Source: a bacterium (GTDB lineage: Bacteria > Patescibacteriota > Patescibacteriia > UBA1558 > S5-K13). Taken from it: a stretch of DNA of 35,874 bases. Shown piece by piece: positions 17,861 through 26,462 of this stretch. Location: positions 1 to 35,874 of the forward strand of contig JAKPTO010000008.1 in the NCBI GenBank assembly GCA_029555085.1, written 5' to 3'. The notes below the pieces were generated by a model. That model did not search any database. It was not told where the DNA came from and was given only the letters and a program-made list of their open reading frames with translations. The position numbers were made by a program, and so were the translations under genes. Each line of letters begins with the position of its first letter. Within the stretch, counting starts at the first letter, position 1.

Positions 17861-18245
17861 TTAATTCTTTGTTTAAATATTTTTCACAAAAAATTATTGC
17901 ATTTGGAGCGAGTTTATAATTTTTGTAATCTTTTATTGGTAACCACAATATATCGCTATGCTCTATTCCGTCCGCATAAGGCATGCCACTTTCTATGTTT
18001 GCTAAAAATTTATGACTAACATATGTCTTTCCGTTTTTTTCAAATTCAATGGCAACTAAATGTTTTAGTATTTTTACCTTGCATCCTATCTCTTCCATTG
18101 TTTCCCTAAGCGCAGCTTCACTTATTGATTCGTCCTCTTCTACCTTTCCGCCAGGAAATTCCCAATAATCATCAATGTCTTTATATAAAAGTAATAATTT
18201 TTCATCTTCTATGATAGCGCAACCAGATAAAATAATTTTATCCAT
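17853..18245 (-). CDS. NUDIX hydrolase
   Basis: Nudix box WEFPGGKVEEDESISEAALRETMEEIG. Confidence 0.92.
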   Translation of the reverse strand: MDKIILSGCAIIEDEKLLLLYKDIDDYWEFPGGKVEEDESISEAALRETMEEIGCKVKILKHLVAIEFEKNGKTYVSHKFLANIESGMPYADGIEHSDILWLPIKDYKNYKLAPNAIIFCEKYLNKELNV

Positions 18246-18249
18246 ATAT

Positions 18250-19554
18250 TTAATGATTAGACCTTGATTTTAGTTCCTCTCTGGTGACAACTCTATCGTC
18301 CCAGGAAATTTTATGTCCATTTTTCACACAGATAAATTGCTCTGCCCCTTTTCCTGTTATTAAAACCATATCATCTTTTTCCGCTAATTCAATTGCTTTT
18401 CTTATTGCAAGTCGTCTATCTAATATTTTAAATAAATTTTTATCCAATTCTTTCCCGGCATCAATTGCACCACTAGAAACATTATCTATAATTTGCATTG
18501 GATCATCATCGTATGGATCTTCATTTGTTACAATTACAATATCTGCTTTATTGCCTGCCATTTTTCCTAGAATTGGTTGCCTGTCTTTATCTCTGCCACC
18601 ACCACATGAACCAATCACATGAATCAATTTTTCAAAATAAAATAAATCTATTGCTTTATATAAATTTTTTAAACTTTCTACCTCTGGAGCATAATCTATT
18701 AAAACCCTAAAATCTTGTCCCTCGTTTATAAATTCCATTCTCCCTGGAGTTCTCGTATAATCCCTTACGAACTTTATACATTTTTCAATTGGTACCCCGA
18801 GTGAATTACATATAGCTATTGCGCACAAAACATTATAAATATTAAACTCCCCTACTAAGTTTGTTGTAACAGTATGACCATTTAAATCAAATTTTTCTGG
18901 TTTAAGAGAAATATTTTTTGCCTGATATTCACTATATCTATTTATACTATAACCAATTTTTATATCCGCATCATATGATAAAAATTCCCCAGAATAAATA
19001 TCGTCCCTATTTACAACCATAATATTATCCTGCCTCTTAGCATTTATTATTTTATTTCCATAGCGAGTCAGGTGTTTAAATAACTGTAATTTAGCTTTTT
19101 TATAATTATCAAAACTCCCGTGTGATTCAATATGCTCTGGAGTTAAATTTGTAAAAACAACAACATCATAATTAATTCCTAAATGTCTATATTGTTTTAT
19201 TCCCTCTGAAGATGTTTCTATAATTGCATACTGACAACCAGCTTTAACCATTTTCCTCAACAATTTCTGCAACATAAACCTACCCGTCATTGTCATTTTT
19301 CTATCGTTAAGCCACCTTTCATCTCCTGTCTTAAATTCAATTGTTGATGTAAATCCTGTTTTATATCCACAACTTTCCAAAATATGTGAAGTTAAAGCAA
19401 TTGTAGTTGATTTTCCATTTGTTCCTGTTACTCCTATTACAATTAGTTTATTAGATGCATTGCCATAAATTTTTGAAGCTAAAATAGCAATATATTTATG
19501 ATAAAAATCTACAAAATTCCTGGGCAATATTTTTTTTATTATTTTTTTAAGCAT
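18250..19554 (-). CDS. murE: MurE-type UDP-MurNAc-dipeptide amino-acid ligase
   Basis: GVTGTNGKST, ETSSEG, FTNLTPEH, PGRME, GGGRD..R..LG, GKG.E. Amino-acid specificity uncertain. Confidence 0.88.
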   Translation of the reverse strand: MLKKIIKKILPRNFVDFYHKYIAILASKIYGNASNKLIVIGVTGTNGKSTTIALTSHILESCGYKTGFTSTIEFKTGDERWLNDRKMTMTGRFMLQKLLRKMVKAGCQYAIIETSSEGIKQYRHLGINYDVVVFTNLTPEHIESHGSFDNYKKAKLQLFKHLTRYGNKIINAKRQDNIMVVNRDDIYSGEFLSYDADIKIGYSINRYSEYQAKNISLKPEKFDLNGHTVTTNLVGEFNIYNVLCAIAICNSLGVPIEKCIKFVRDYTRTPGRMEFINEGQDFRVLIDYAPEVESLKNLYKAIDLFYFEKLIHVIGSCGGGRDKDRQPILGKMAGNKADIVIVTNEDPYDDDPMQIIDNVSSGAIDAGKELDKNLFKILDRRLAIRKAIELAEKDDMVLITGKGAEQFICVKNGHKISWDDRVVTREELKSRSNH

Positions 19555-19555
19555 A

Positions 19556-20557
19556 TTAAATAATTTTCTTTATAAAATTATAAAGTCTATAATAATCCTT
19601 ATCATATACAACATCAAATGTTCCAGGGAAAACCATTTCAAATCCGCCAAATCCCTTTTTAAACCTTGTGAATCCATGCCATCTGTCTTTTGTATCATCA
19701 GTTTTTGCAATTCCCCAAAAATCATAATACTTATAATTATTTTCTTTTGCCCATCTAATTTGATTCCATTGGAGTAAATGTGGTGCCATTAAATTTTTGT
19801 ATTCATCAGACGATGCACCGTGTAAATATGTGACAGTATCACCAAAACTGATAATTATATTTGCGCAAATAACTTTTTCATCCTTTTTCGCAATCCATAA
19901 ATCAACATTTTTATCAAACGCTTTTAACATTTTCTCATAATAGTAACCCGGGTGTGATTTAAAATTGTCTCTTTTAGATGTTTTTTCTATTAAACTCAAA
20001 AAAGTTTCAATGTATTTTTTTTCTTTATTTGTTTTTATGGTTTGTATTCCCCTTTTCTCTGCTAATCTGATATTATATCTTGTTTTTCCATGCATTTCTT
20101 TTAATAACTCCTCCTCGCTTTTTGATAAATCTAAAATTAAAGTTTTCGATGGTTGAAAATCTTTCACCTTTTTAATTTGTTTTATATTTTTTGGAGTAAA
20201 ATTTGGTTCAAATTTAAAAAATATATTTTTTATCTTAAATTCTTTAATACAAATATCTCTAAATAATTTAAAAAGTGTAGTACTTATTTCTGTTTTTTTA
20301 GAATTATCTAAATCATCTTTTATAATAGGCCCTCGAGGAGTATATAAATATCCAAAACTAAGTGGTAATTTTTTTTCTACTATAATACATGCTCCCAATA
20401 ATTTATCGCTATCATTGTCATCAAAAAATCCATATCTCCAAACTTTTTTCCCAAGTGAAATTTGAAAATCCTCCCAAAAAGAACTCTCTAAAAATTGAGA
20501 GTGTTCTATGCTAGATGAAAAATTATCTAATTCTTTTTTTGAAATAATTCTTAACAT
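19556..20557 (-). CDS. FemAB/FemX family peptidoglycan aminoacyltransferase
   Basis: YLYTPRGP, KTRYNIRLAEKRG, YLHGAS, YDFWG, FKKGFGG. Confidence 0.9.
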   Translation of the reverse strand: MLRIISKKELDNFSSSIEHSQFLESSFWEDFQISLGKKVWRYGFFDDNDSDKLLGACIIVEKKLPLSFGYLYTPRGPIIKDDLDNSKKTEISTTLFKLFRDICIKEFKIKNIFFKFEPNFTPKNIKQIKKVKDFQPSKTLILDLSKSEEELLKEMHGKTRYNIRLAEKRGIQTIKTNKEKKYIETFLSLIEKTSKRDNFKSHPGYYYEKMLKAFDKNVDLWIAKKDEKVICANIIISFGDTVTYLHGASSDEYKNLMAPHLLQWNQIRWAKENNYKYYDFWGIAKTDDTKDRWHGFTRFKKGFGGFEMVFPGTFDVVYDKDYYRLYNFIKKII

Positions 20558-20586
20558 TTTGTTTTATTTTATCTTACTAAAGCAAA

Positions 20587-21159
20587 TTATTTTTTTAAAA
20601 ACTTAAGAGCGGTTTTAACTTTTTCTTTTGTATCGATGTCTTTTGGAATTTTGTTATAAATACTTCTTATCTCATAATCTGAAAATCCCAAAGCATTTAA
20701 TGCTTCAAAAACTTCTAAATCAGATCCTTCGACATTATTGGGATTATTTGAAAACCCAGAAAAACCTAACTTACTCTTTAACTCAATAATAATTTTTTCA
20801 GCAGTTTTAGTTCCTATTCCGGAAATTTTTTTAAATATATCCACATCTCCTGTGGCAATGGCGGATTTAAGATCACTGACCTCTGAAATCGACAAAACAT
20901 TTATTGCGGACTTAGGCCCCACACCAGGCACTGATAAGAGCTGAATAAAAAATTCCCTTTCTTCAAAATTGGAAAATCCATAAAGTTCCTGAGCATCTTC
21001 ACGCTGTTTATGATAAACAAACAAATCAATATCTTGATCTTGTCTTATTTTTTCCAAAAATTTACACGAAACAAAAATTTCATAACCAATATCATCAACT
21101 AATAAAATAATTGATTTGTCTGTTTTTTTTATTATTTTCCCTTTTAAATAGGCTATCAT
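20587..21159 (-). CDS. ruvA: Holliday junction branch migration protein RuvA
   Basis: MIAYLKG, IGYEI, REDAQELYGF, VPGVGPKSA, GIG.KTAEKII.EL, EALNALGF. Confidence 0.96.
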   Translation of the reverse strand: MIAYLKGKIIKKTDKSIILLVDDIGYEIFVSCKFLEKIRQDQDIDLFVYHKQREDAQELYGFSNFEEREFFIQLLSVPGVGPKSAINVLSISEVSDLKSAIATGDVDIFKKISGIGTKTAEKIIIELKSKLGFSGFSNNPNNVEGSDLEVFEALNALGFSDYEIRSIYNKIPKDIDTKEKVKTALKFLKK

Positions 21160-21278
21160 ATAAATTTATATACATATCTATAATAAAACAATTTTTGTGT
21201 TTTAACAAATATCACACGGTTGACATTTCTATAATTTAGGTTAATATGAAATATAAAAAATAAAATATGGGAGGAACA

Positions 21279-22085
21279 ATGTTTGACGATTTTATTAATG
21301 GGATTATAAAAGAGGTTAATTCTGTTGTAAAATATGCACTAAAAGACAAAATTTTCTTACTATGTTCTTTGACTGCTGTTATTGTGCTTTTACTTGGTCT
21401 ATTATGTTGGTTAAATAAACTAGAATGGGCCATTGTTCTACTAACAATATCTATTTCAATGAGCAAAGCGCTTAGTTATGCCTATGCTCGTTCTAACGAT
21501 CAGGTGGAAAAAAAACTTGTCACGGGAACTGAATTAATGCTTTGTACGGTTATAGCCGTAATAATTGGCGTTCTCGTTTTCTATGACAAGACAATACAAA
21601 ACCCCCTGTATATATACAATCGAATATATGGGAAAGAAGGTATTGTTTATGTAGTATGCATCATTGTACCAATACTAATTGCAATATTCTCAAAAATTAT
21701 AATTAATTCCGGAGAACCACTTTATGGTGGTATTGTATCTGTACATTCAGCGTTTACAATTTCCCTGTTCTTTATAAACTCTCATAATGCCACAACTTTT
21801 TTCCTACTTATAATACCTGCTATTTCAATATTGCTTCCCAGGTGTATTTCTACAAACACTTGGCTCAAAACATCTCTCAAAATCTCAGGGACACTAAGTA
21901 TGGCAACTCTATGCATATTAACAATACTAAGCAAAAGAAACATAGTTCTAATACTCGCTAATTTTCTTATGCTTTTATTGGTTGTTTTATGCCAAGGGAA
22001 ACCCGTGCACAAAAAAATGGAAATATTTTTCGGAATATTAGTTGGAGCTATTTGCTCCACTATAATTCTGAGTATATTCTTATAA
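21279..22085 (+). CDS. Multi-pass membrane protein resembling a degenerate DgkA (diacylglycerol/undecaprenol kinase)-PAP2 fusion
   Basis: GGAGG SD before ATG 21279. DgkA-like N half (LNKLEWAIVLLTI, IAVIIGVLVF); PAP2-like GEPLYGGIVSVHSA and VH..MEI..G..VG. Judged by eye. Confidence 0.55.
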   Translation: MFDDFINGIIKEVNSVVKYALKDKIFLLCSLTAVIVLLLGLLCWLNKLEWAIVLLTISISMSKALSYAYARSNDQVEKKLVTGTELMLCTVIAVIIGVLVFYDKTIQNPLYIYNRIYGKEGIVYVVCIIVPILIAIFSKIIINSGEPLYGGIVSVHSAFTISLFFINSHNATTFFLLIIPAISILLPRCISTNTWLKTSLKISGTLSMATLCILTILSKRNIVLILANFLMLLLVVLCQGKPVHKKMEIFFGILVGAICSTIILSIFL

Positions 22086-22089
22086 ATTT

Positions 22090-22126
22090 AGCACTCATGG
22101 AATAATTAATTCTGTGGGTGCTTTTT
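22090..22126 (+). terminator. Intrinsic terminator
   Basis: Stem AGCACTCATGGAAT/ATTCTGTGGGTGCT (with G-U pairs) plus T tract. Confidence 0.7.
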
Positions 22127-22140
22127 ATTTTTTCATGAAA

Positions 22141-22173
22141 TAAAATAAAATAAGGAGAGCGAGTGCTCTCCTT
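22141..22173 (-). terminator. Intrinsic terminator
   Basis: AAGGAGAGC-4 nt-GCTCTCCTT with a T-rich tail on the minus strand. Confidence 0.7.
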
Positions 22174-22187
22174 TATTATTCGTATTA

Positions 22188-22856
22188 TTAATCTCGACTC
22201 TTAATGCTTAAAAGAGTCAAAAATAAGTTGATAATACTTAAATAAAGATTAATTGCCACATCAATGGCATTATCTACTGTCTTGGTAACTTGACTAGCTT
22301 TGTACATATCATAGCCTATGTACAGAGAGAATAACCCTGCAGCCAAGTAGTCTATCCATGATAAACTCTGCAAAGACGGCATAAAAATTTGCAAAGTCCT
22401 TACACATAAAAGACCACAAAGTCCCAAGAACAGTTGATATCCCAATCTCTCAAAGAGTCTAGGAAATGCGATACCCACACAACCCATGACTCCAGTTATC
22501 ATGGTTGTGATTAAAATTGGATCTCTAATGTCTAGGCCCAACCTATTTAAAACAGGACCAAGCATAGCCCCAATGGGGATAACGAACATGTTGTACCCAG
22601 CAAAAGATACAATCCAGTTATCGCTTATTATGGCTATGAACATCCCCAAATTAGATATTACAAAGCCAAGAAAAAAAACTAGAAAGGCGTTGAGTTTCCA
22701 CTGCGCCATTAACTCGGCCAATATGGCAGTTCCTATGAACCCCCACAGCAATACAAATACGAGAATACAATAAAATACTCTCTTGCTAACTGTATCTCGT
22801 CGACCATAGCGTTCAAAAACGCCAGTAGTGCACTTATTAGTGGTTGATTTGCTCAT
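22188..22856 (-). CDS. Bax inhibitor-1/YccA (US12-like) family membrane protein
   Basis: About 7 TM helices; LFSLYIGYD; A.D.AINLYLSIINLF; AAGGAGG SD. Confidence 0.85.
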   Translation of the reverse strand: MSKSTTNKCTTGVFERYGRRDTVSKRVFYCILVFVLLWGFIGTAILAELMAQWKLNAFLVFFLGFVISNLGMFIAIISDNWIVSFAGYNMFVIPIGAMLGPVLNRLGLDIRDPILITTMITGVMGCVGIAFPRLFERLGYQLFLGLCGLLCVRTLQIFMPSLQSLSWIDYLAAGLFSLYIGYDMYKASQVTKTVDNAIDVAINLYLSIINLFLTLLSIKSRD

Positions 22857-22920
22857 GCAATTCCTCCTTGTTGATTTTTTTAATTTATTAGTTTAGCATA
22901 TATATAAACAAAGTCAATAT

Positions 22921-23679
22921 ATGAAAAATCCATTATTAAATATCAAACTTATAAATAAAATATCAAACGATAAAAATGCTAAATTTATTTTAGTTCACAA
23001 AGAACTCGGCAAGTCGTCTTTTTTTGTTATAAAACAAATTAAATCAATTACTAGTATTAAAAAAGTTGGATTTTCAGGAACATTAGATCCAATGGCAAGC
23101 GGACTTTTAATTATAGCCACATCATCTGCCACAAAATTTCTCGATGCCTTTCATTTTTTAGATAAAATATACACTGCTAAAATAGAATTTGGTAAAATTT
23201 CAAACACTTACGATACAGAAGGAAATATAAAAATTACAAAAGTATATAAAAAACCAACAATCAATGAAATCAAAAATATAATTGATAAAAAATTTATAGG
23301 AGAGATATTGCAAACACCTCCAATGTTCAGCGCTAAAAAAATAAATGGTAAAAATGCCTATGAATTAGCGAGAAAAGGTGAAAAGTTAAAAATTAAACCA
23401 GTAAAAATAAAAGTGAATAATATTAAAATTAAAAAATACGATTTTCCATTTTTAGAATTAGAAATAAACTGCTCAAAAGGGACCTATATTAGGTCAATTG
23501 CAAACGATTTAGGAAAAAAATTAAAAACTGGAGGGGTATTAGTAGAGCTACAAAGAACAAAAATCGGACAATTTGATATAAAAGATGCAGTTAAACAAAG
23601 TGATTTATCGAAAGAAACATTAGAAAAAAATAAATTAAACATTAAATATGTTATCAAAAAAATAAAAGGAGAGAACTAG
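22921..23679 (+). CDS. truB: tRNA pseudouridine(55) synthase
   Basis: KKVGFSGTLDPMASGLL, Q.PPMFSAKKING..AYELAR, CSKGTYIRS. Confidence 0.94.
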   Translation: MKNPLLNIKLINKISNDKNAKFILVHKELGKSSFFVIKQIKSITSIKKVGFSGTLDPMASGLLIIATSSATKFLDAFHFLDKIYTAKIEFGKISNTYDTEGNIKITKVYKKPTINEIKNIIDKKFIGEILQTPPMFSAKKINGKNAYELARKGEKLKIKPVKIKVNNIKIKKYDFPFLELEINCSKGTYIRSIANDLGKKLKTGGVLVELQRTKIGQFDIKDAVKQSDLSKETLEKNKLNIKYVIKKIKGEN

Positions 23680-23693
23680 TCTCTCCGTTTTTT
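23668..23693. terminator. Intrinsic terminator overlapping the truB stop
   Basis: GGAGAGA-ACTAG-TCTCTCC then GTTTTTT. Confidence 0.6.
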
Positions 23694-23700
23694 ATCATGC

Positions 23701-24984
23701 TTACTTCTTTATGAGAATTTGATTTCTGTCGGGTCCATAACTCAACATAGTAACTGGAACTTCCAAATAATCCTCGATAAAAGAAATATACAGTTTAATT
23801 GCTTCGGGTAAGTCTTTCCAATTCTTAATACCCTCCACGCTACAATTAGAAAGATCTATTTCATCATACACTGGAATTACTGAATCAAGTGCTTCCATAA
23901 GTACCGGTGGAATGTTCTCTGTGGCGTAATTATACTTAGTGCAGATTTTCACTCTTCCAATCTTGCAAAGGACATCTATACAAGTTAGAGCTATTTCGGT
24001 TATTCCATTCATATCAATGGTTCTTTTTAAAAGGACTAGATCCAACCAACCACAATTTCTTGGTCTCCCAGTTGAAGCTCCATACTCATGTCCAATTTCC
24101 CTTATCTTTTCATGAATATCAACTTCTTTAATGTATGTAGGAAACGGACCATTTCCAACTCTTGTAAAATAGGACTTTACAACACCAACAACTCTCTTGG
24201 GCGCAGTATTTATACCAATCCCACAACTTGTAAGTATTGCTCCATAGGTGCTTGGGTGTGATGTAACATATGGATACGAACCATGATAAAGATCAAGAAG
24301 CGCTCCTTGGGCGCCCTCATACAAAATCTTTTTTCCACTTTGACTGCAATTGTAAATATAATCATCATCCACAATACAATCCCTAAAATATTCTGCATGA
24401 GTAACTAGTTTATCGAACTCAGCCTTGAGGTCTTCACTGGTAAAAGCTGGCACTCCATAGGATTTCAAAGACATGTTTATCTCTCTTGCCAATTTTTCTA
24501 ATTTGACTCTCAATGTTTCTTGATCTAACAAGTCAATTAACCTAATAGCATACCTAGCTGCTCTTTGTTCATAACTCGGCCCAATTCCCTTACATGTGGT
24601 TCCTATGTTGCCTGATTTTTTATAAAAATTTTCCCTGGCTTTATCGAGAATTACTGAAAAATTGGTAATCAGTGTAACTGTACCGTATATTTTCAATCTT
24701 TCTTTTATAAACAAACCTCCGCTCTCAATATCCAGAATTTCTTTCTTAAGTGTATCAAGATTCAAAACACAACTTGAAGCAATAACTAGTTCAGTATTGG
24801 GATTTAACGCTCCACAGGGAAGTATATGAAAAACATACTTCTTGCCAGAAATAAAAATTGTATGTCCGGCATTATCACCTCCCTGAAATCTTACTACGAC
24901 ATCCATGCTTTCTGATAAAACATCAGCGATTTTTGCTTTTGCTTCATCTCCCCATGCACATCCTAAAACAGCTATGGAATTCAT
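23701..24984 (-). CDS. purA: Adenylosuccinate synthetase
   Basis: WGDE.K.K, RFQGGDNAGHT, IGTT.KGIGP.Y, EGAQG.LLD..HG.YPYVTS, TRVG.GPFPT, EYG.STGRPR.CGWLD. Confidence 0.96.
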   Translation of the reverse strand: MNSIAVLGCAWGDEAKAKIADVLSESMDVVVRFQGGDNAGHTIFISGKKYVFHILPCGALNPNTELVIASSCVLNLDTLKKEILDIESGGLFIKERLKIYGTVTLITNFSVILDKARENFYKKSGNIGTTCKGIGPSYEQRAARYAIRLIDLLDQETLRVKLEKLAREINMSLKSYGVPAFTSEDLKAEFDKLVTHAEYFRDCIVDDDYIYNCSQSGKKILYEGAQGALLDLYHGSYPYVTSHPSTYGAILTSCGIGINTAPKRVVGVVKSYFTRVGNGPFPTYIKEVDIHEKIREIGHEYGASTGRPRNCGWLDLVLLKRTIDMNGITEIALTCIDVLCKIGRVKICTKYNYATENIPPVLMEALDSVIPVYDEIDLSNCSVEGIKNWKDLPEAIKLYISFIEDYLEVPVTMLSYGPDRNQILIKK

Positions 24985-25028
24985 TATTCCTCCTTCAATT
25001 TAGCATTATTTATTTTTTAACTTCAATA

Positions 25029-25099
25029 AGATTAGCATCGCAACCTATATTTGTCAAAAACTTTAAACACTTGAAATGTATCAATTTTTATGCTAAATT
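25029..25099. promoter_or_regulatory. Divergent extended -10 promoters (purA on -, rpsT on +)
   Basis: Minus: TTGACA-17-(TG)TAATCT (25057-25029). Plus: TTGAAA-17-(TG)TAAATT (25071-25099). Confidence 0.6.
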
Positions 25100-25147
25100 A
25101 TGAATACTCCAATAAACGCTCAAAACATAAATTAAGAATTTAATTTT

Positions 25148-25193
25148 AGTATGAAATGTAGAACCTGATAACTCAGCTCTGAAACTTCATACT
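25148..25193 (+). promoter_or_regulatory. Structured 5' leader hairpin of rpsT
   Basis: Outer stem AGTATGAA/TTCATACT; inner AGA/TCT and CTGA-TAAC-TCAG. Confidence 0.45.
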
Positions 25194-25207
25194 TCAAACA
25201 TAAAATT

Positions 25208-25489
25208 ATGCCTCAAAAAAAATCAGCTAAAAAGGAAATAAGAAAATCAAAAAAAAGAACAGCGAGAAATAAACAAATAAAAAGAAGAATAAAGCAAATG
25301 GTAAAAAATGTTGATAAAGTTGTTGCTGTAAGTCAAGAAGAAGCAAAAAAATTCTATGATAAATTACAAAAAAGTGTCGATAAAGCAGCAAAAAAAGGAA
25401 ACCCAATGAAAAAAAATAAAGCCAATAGAATAAAATCTCGTGTGGCTAAAAAAATTAACAAAATTCAATCAGACATCAAGGAAAAATAA
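25208..25489 (+). CDS. rpsT: 30S ribosomal protein S20
   Basis: MPQKKSAKK..R.S.KR..RN, DKAAKKG, KNKANR.KSR; convergent with holA. Confidence 0.93.
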   Translation: MPQKKSAKKEIRKSKKRTARNKQIKRRIKQMVKNVDKVVAVSQEEAKKFYDKLQKSVDKAAKKGNPMKKNKANRIKSRVAKKINKIQSDIKEK

Positions 25490-26440
25490 ATTAAGAATTG
25501 TTTTTGGTTTCAGTTTTGATGATTTTGCTTTTATATCTAATTCTAAAAGTTTCCTATAGATTTTCTCTAATTCATATAAAGAGTACATGCTAGCAATAGC
25601 TGTACTTTTTTTTATTACATAAGGATGAAGAGATAAATACTTTGCTAGTTGAGTATTTGAGATTCCGTCTTCTAGCGCTGATTTTATTCTTAATAAAATT
25701 CTATACTGCCTTATTACCATAGATAGTATATGTTGTGCACTTATCCCTAGGGACATTTGTTCATTTAATAATTTTATAGCATCTACTTTTTTCTTCTCTG
25801 CTAATTTTTCCGCAAATAAAAACATATTTTCATTAATAGATGGACTAATAATTTGCAACATTTCTTCTTTTGAAATAGTTTCTTTTGTACTGTGATTAAC
25901 AACCTTTTCTATTTCATTTGCAAGACAATAAAGATCATTTCCAATTAGTCCCAAAAGGTTTTCTGCATCTTTTTTGCTAATTATTTTATTATTTTTTTTA
26001 AATTGCCTAATTATCCATTCTACTATCTTAAAATCTGATAATTTATTAAATTCCCACTTATATTTTAAAGAATTTAGTTCTTTTAATATTTTTAATTTCT
26101 CAGCGCTAGATGATTCTTTTTTTGTAGACAGTGAGTTATCTTCATAAAAAACTAAAATATTGTCTTCGCCCTCGTTTTGCAATTTAGACATATTCTCTAT
26201 TAAATAATTTGCTAATTCTTTACTGATTTTTTGTTGCAAAATATTTCTAATTATAACAAGTTTTTTGTTAGCTAAAAATCCAGTTTGAGCAAATTCTTTT
26301 GACAACTTATCAATATCTGGATTTTCAATATTAACAACATTGTATCCAGATGGATCAAATTCTTTTATAAATTTATCTTTTATTTGTTGTAATTTCAGAG
26401 ATGATCTATAATTATCCTCTCCGTATATAAAAAAAAGCAT
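25469..26440 (-). CDS. holA: DNA polymerase III subunit delta
   Basis: FFIYGED.Y, G.DL..L.NE.EK, LHPYV.KK, L.ELD..AKS; holA-rpsT synteny. Confidence 0.88.
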   Translation of the reverse strand: MLFFIYGEDNYRSSLKLQQIKDKFIKEFDPSGYNVVNIENPDIDKLSKEFAQTGFLANKKLVIIRNILQQKISKELANYLIENMSKLQNEGEDNILVFYEDNSLSTKKESSSAEKLKILKELNSLKYKWEFNKLSDFKIVEWIIRQFKKNNKIISKKDAENLLGLIGNDLYCLANEIEKVVNHSTKETISKEEMLQIISPSINENMFLFAEKLAEKKKVDAIKLLNEQMSLGISAQHILSMVIRQYRILLRIKSALEDGISNTQLAKYLSLHPYVIKKSTAIASMYSLYELEKIYRKLLELDIKAKSSKLKPKTILNLFFLDV

Positions 26441-26462
26441 ATCAATAAATATAAATTATAAA

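Noticed and set aside
22921-23679. truB separated from infB-rbfA
   Set aside because: Rearrangement of this operon is common and uninformative alone.
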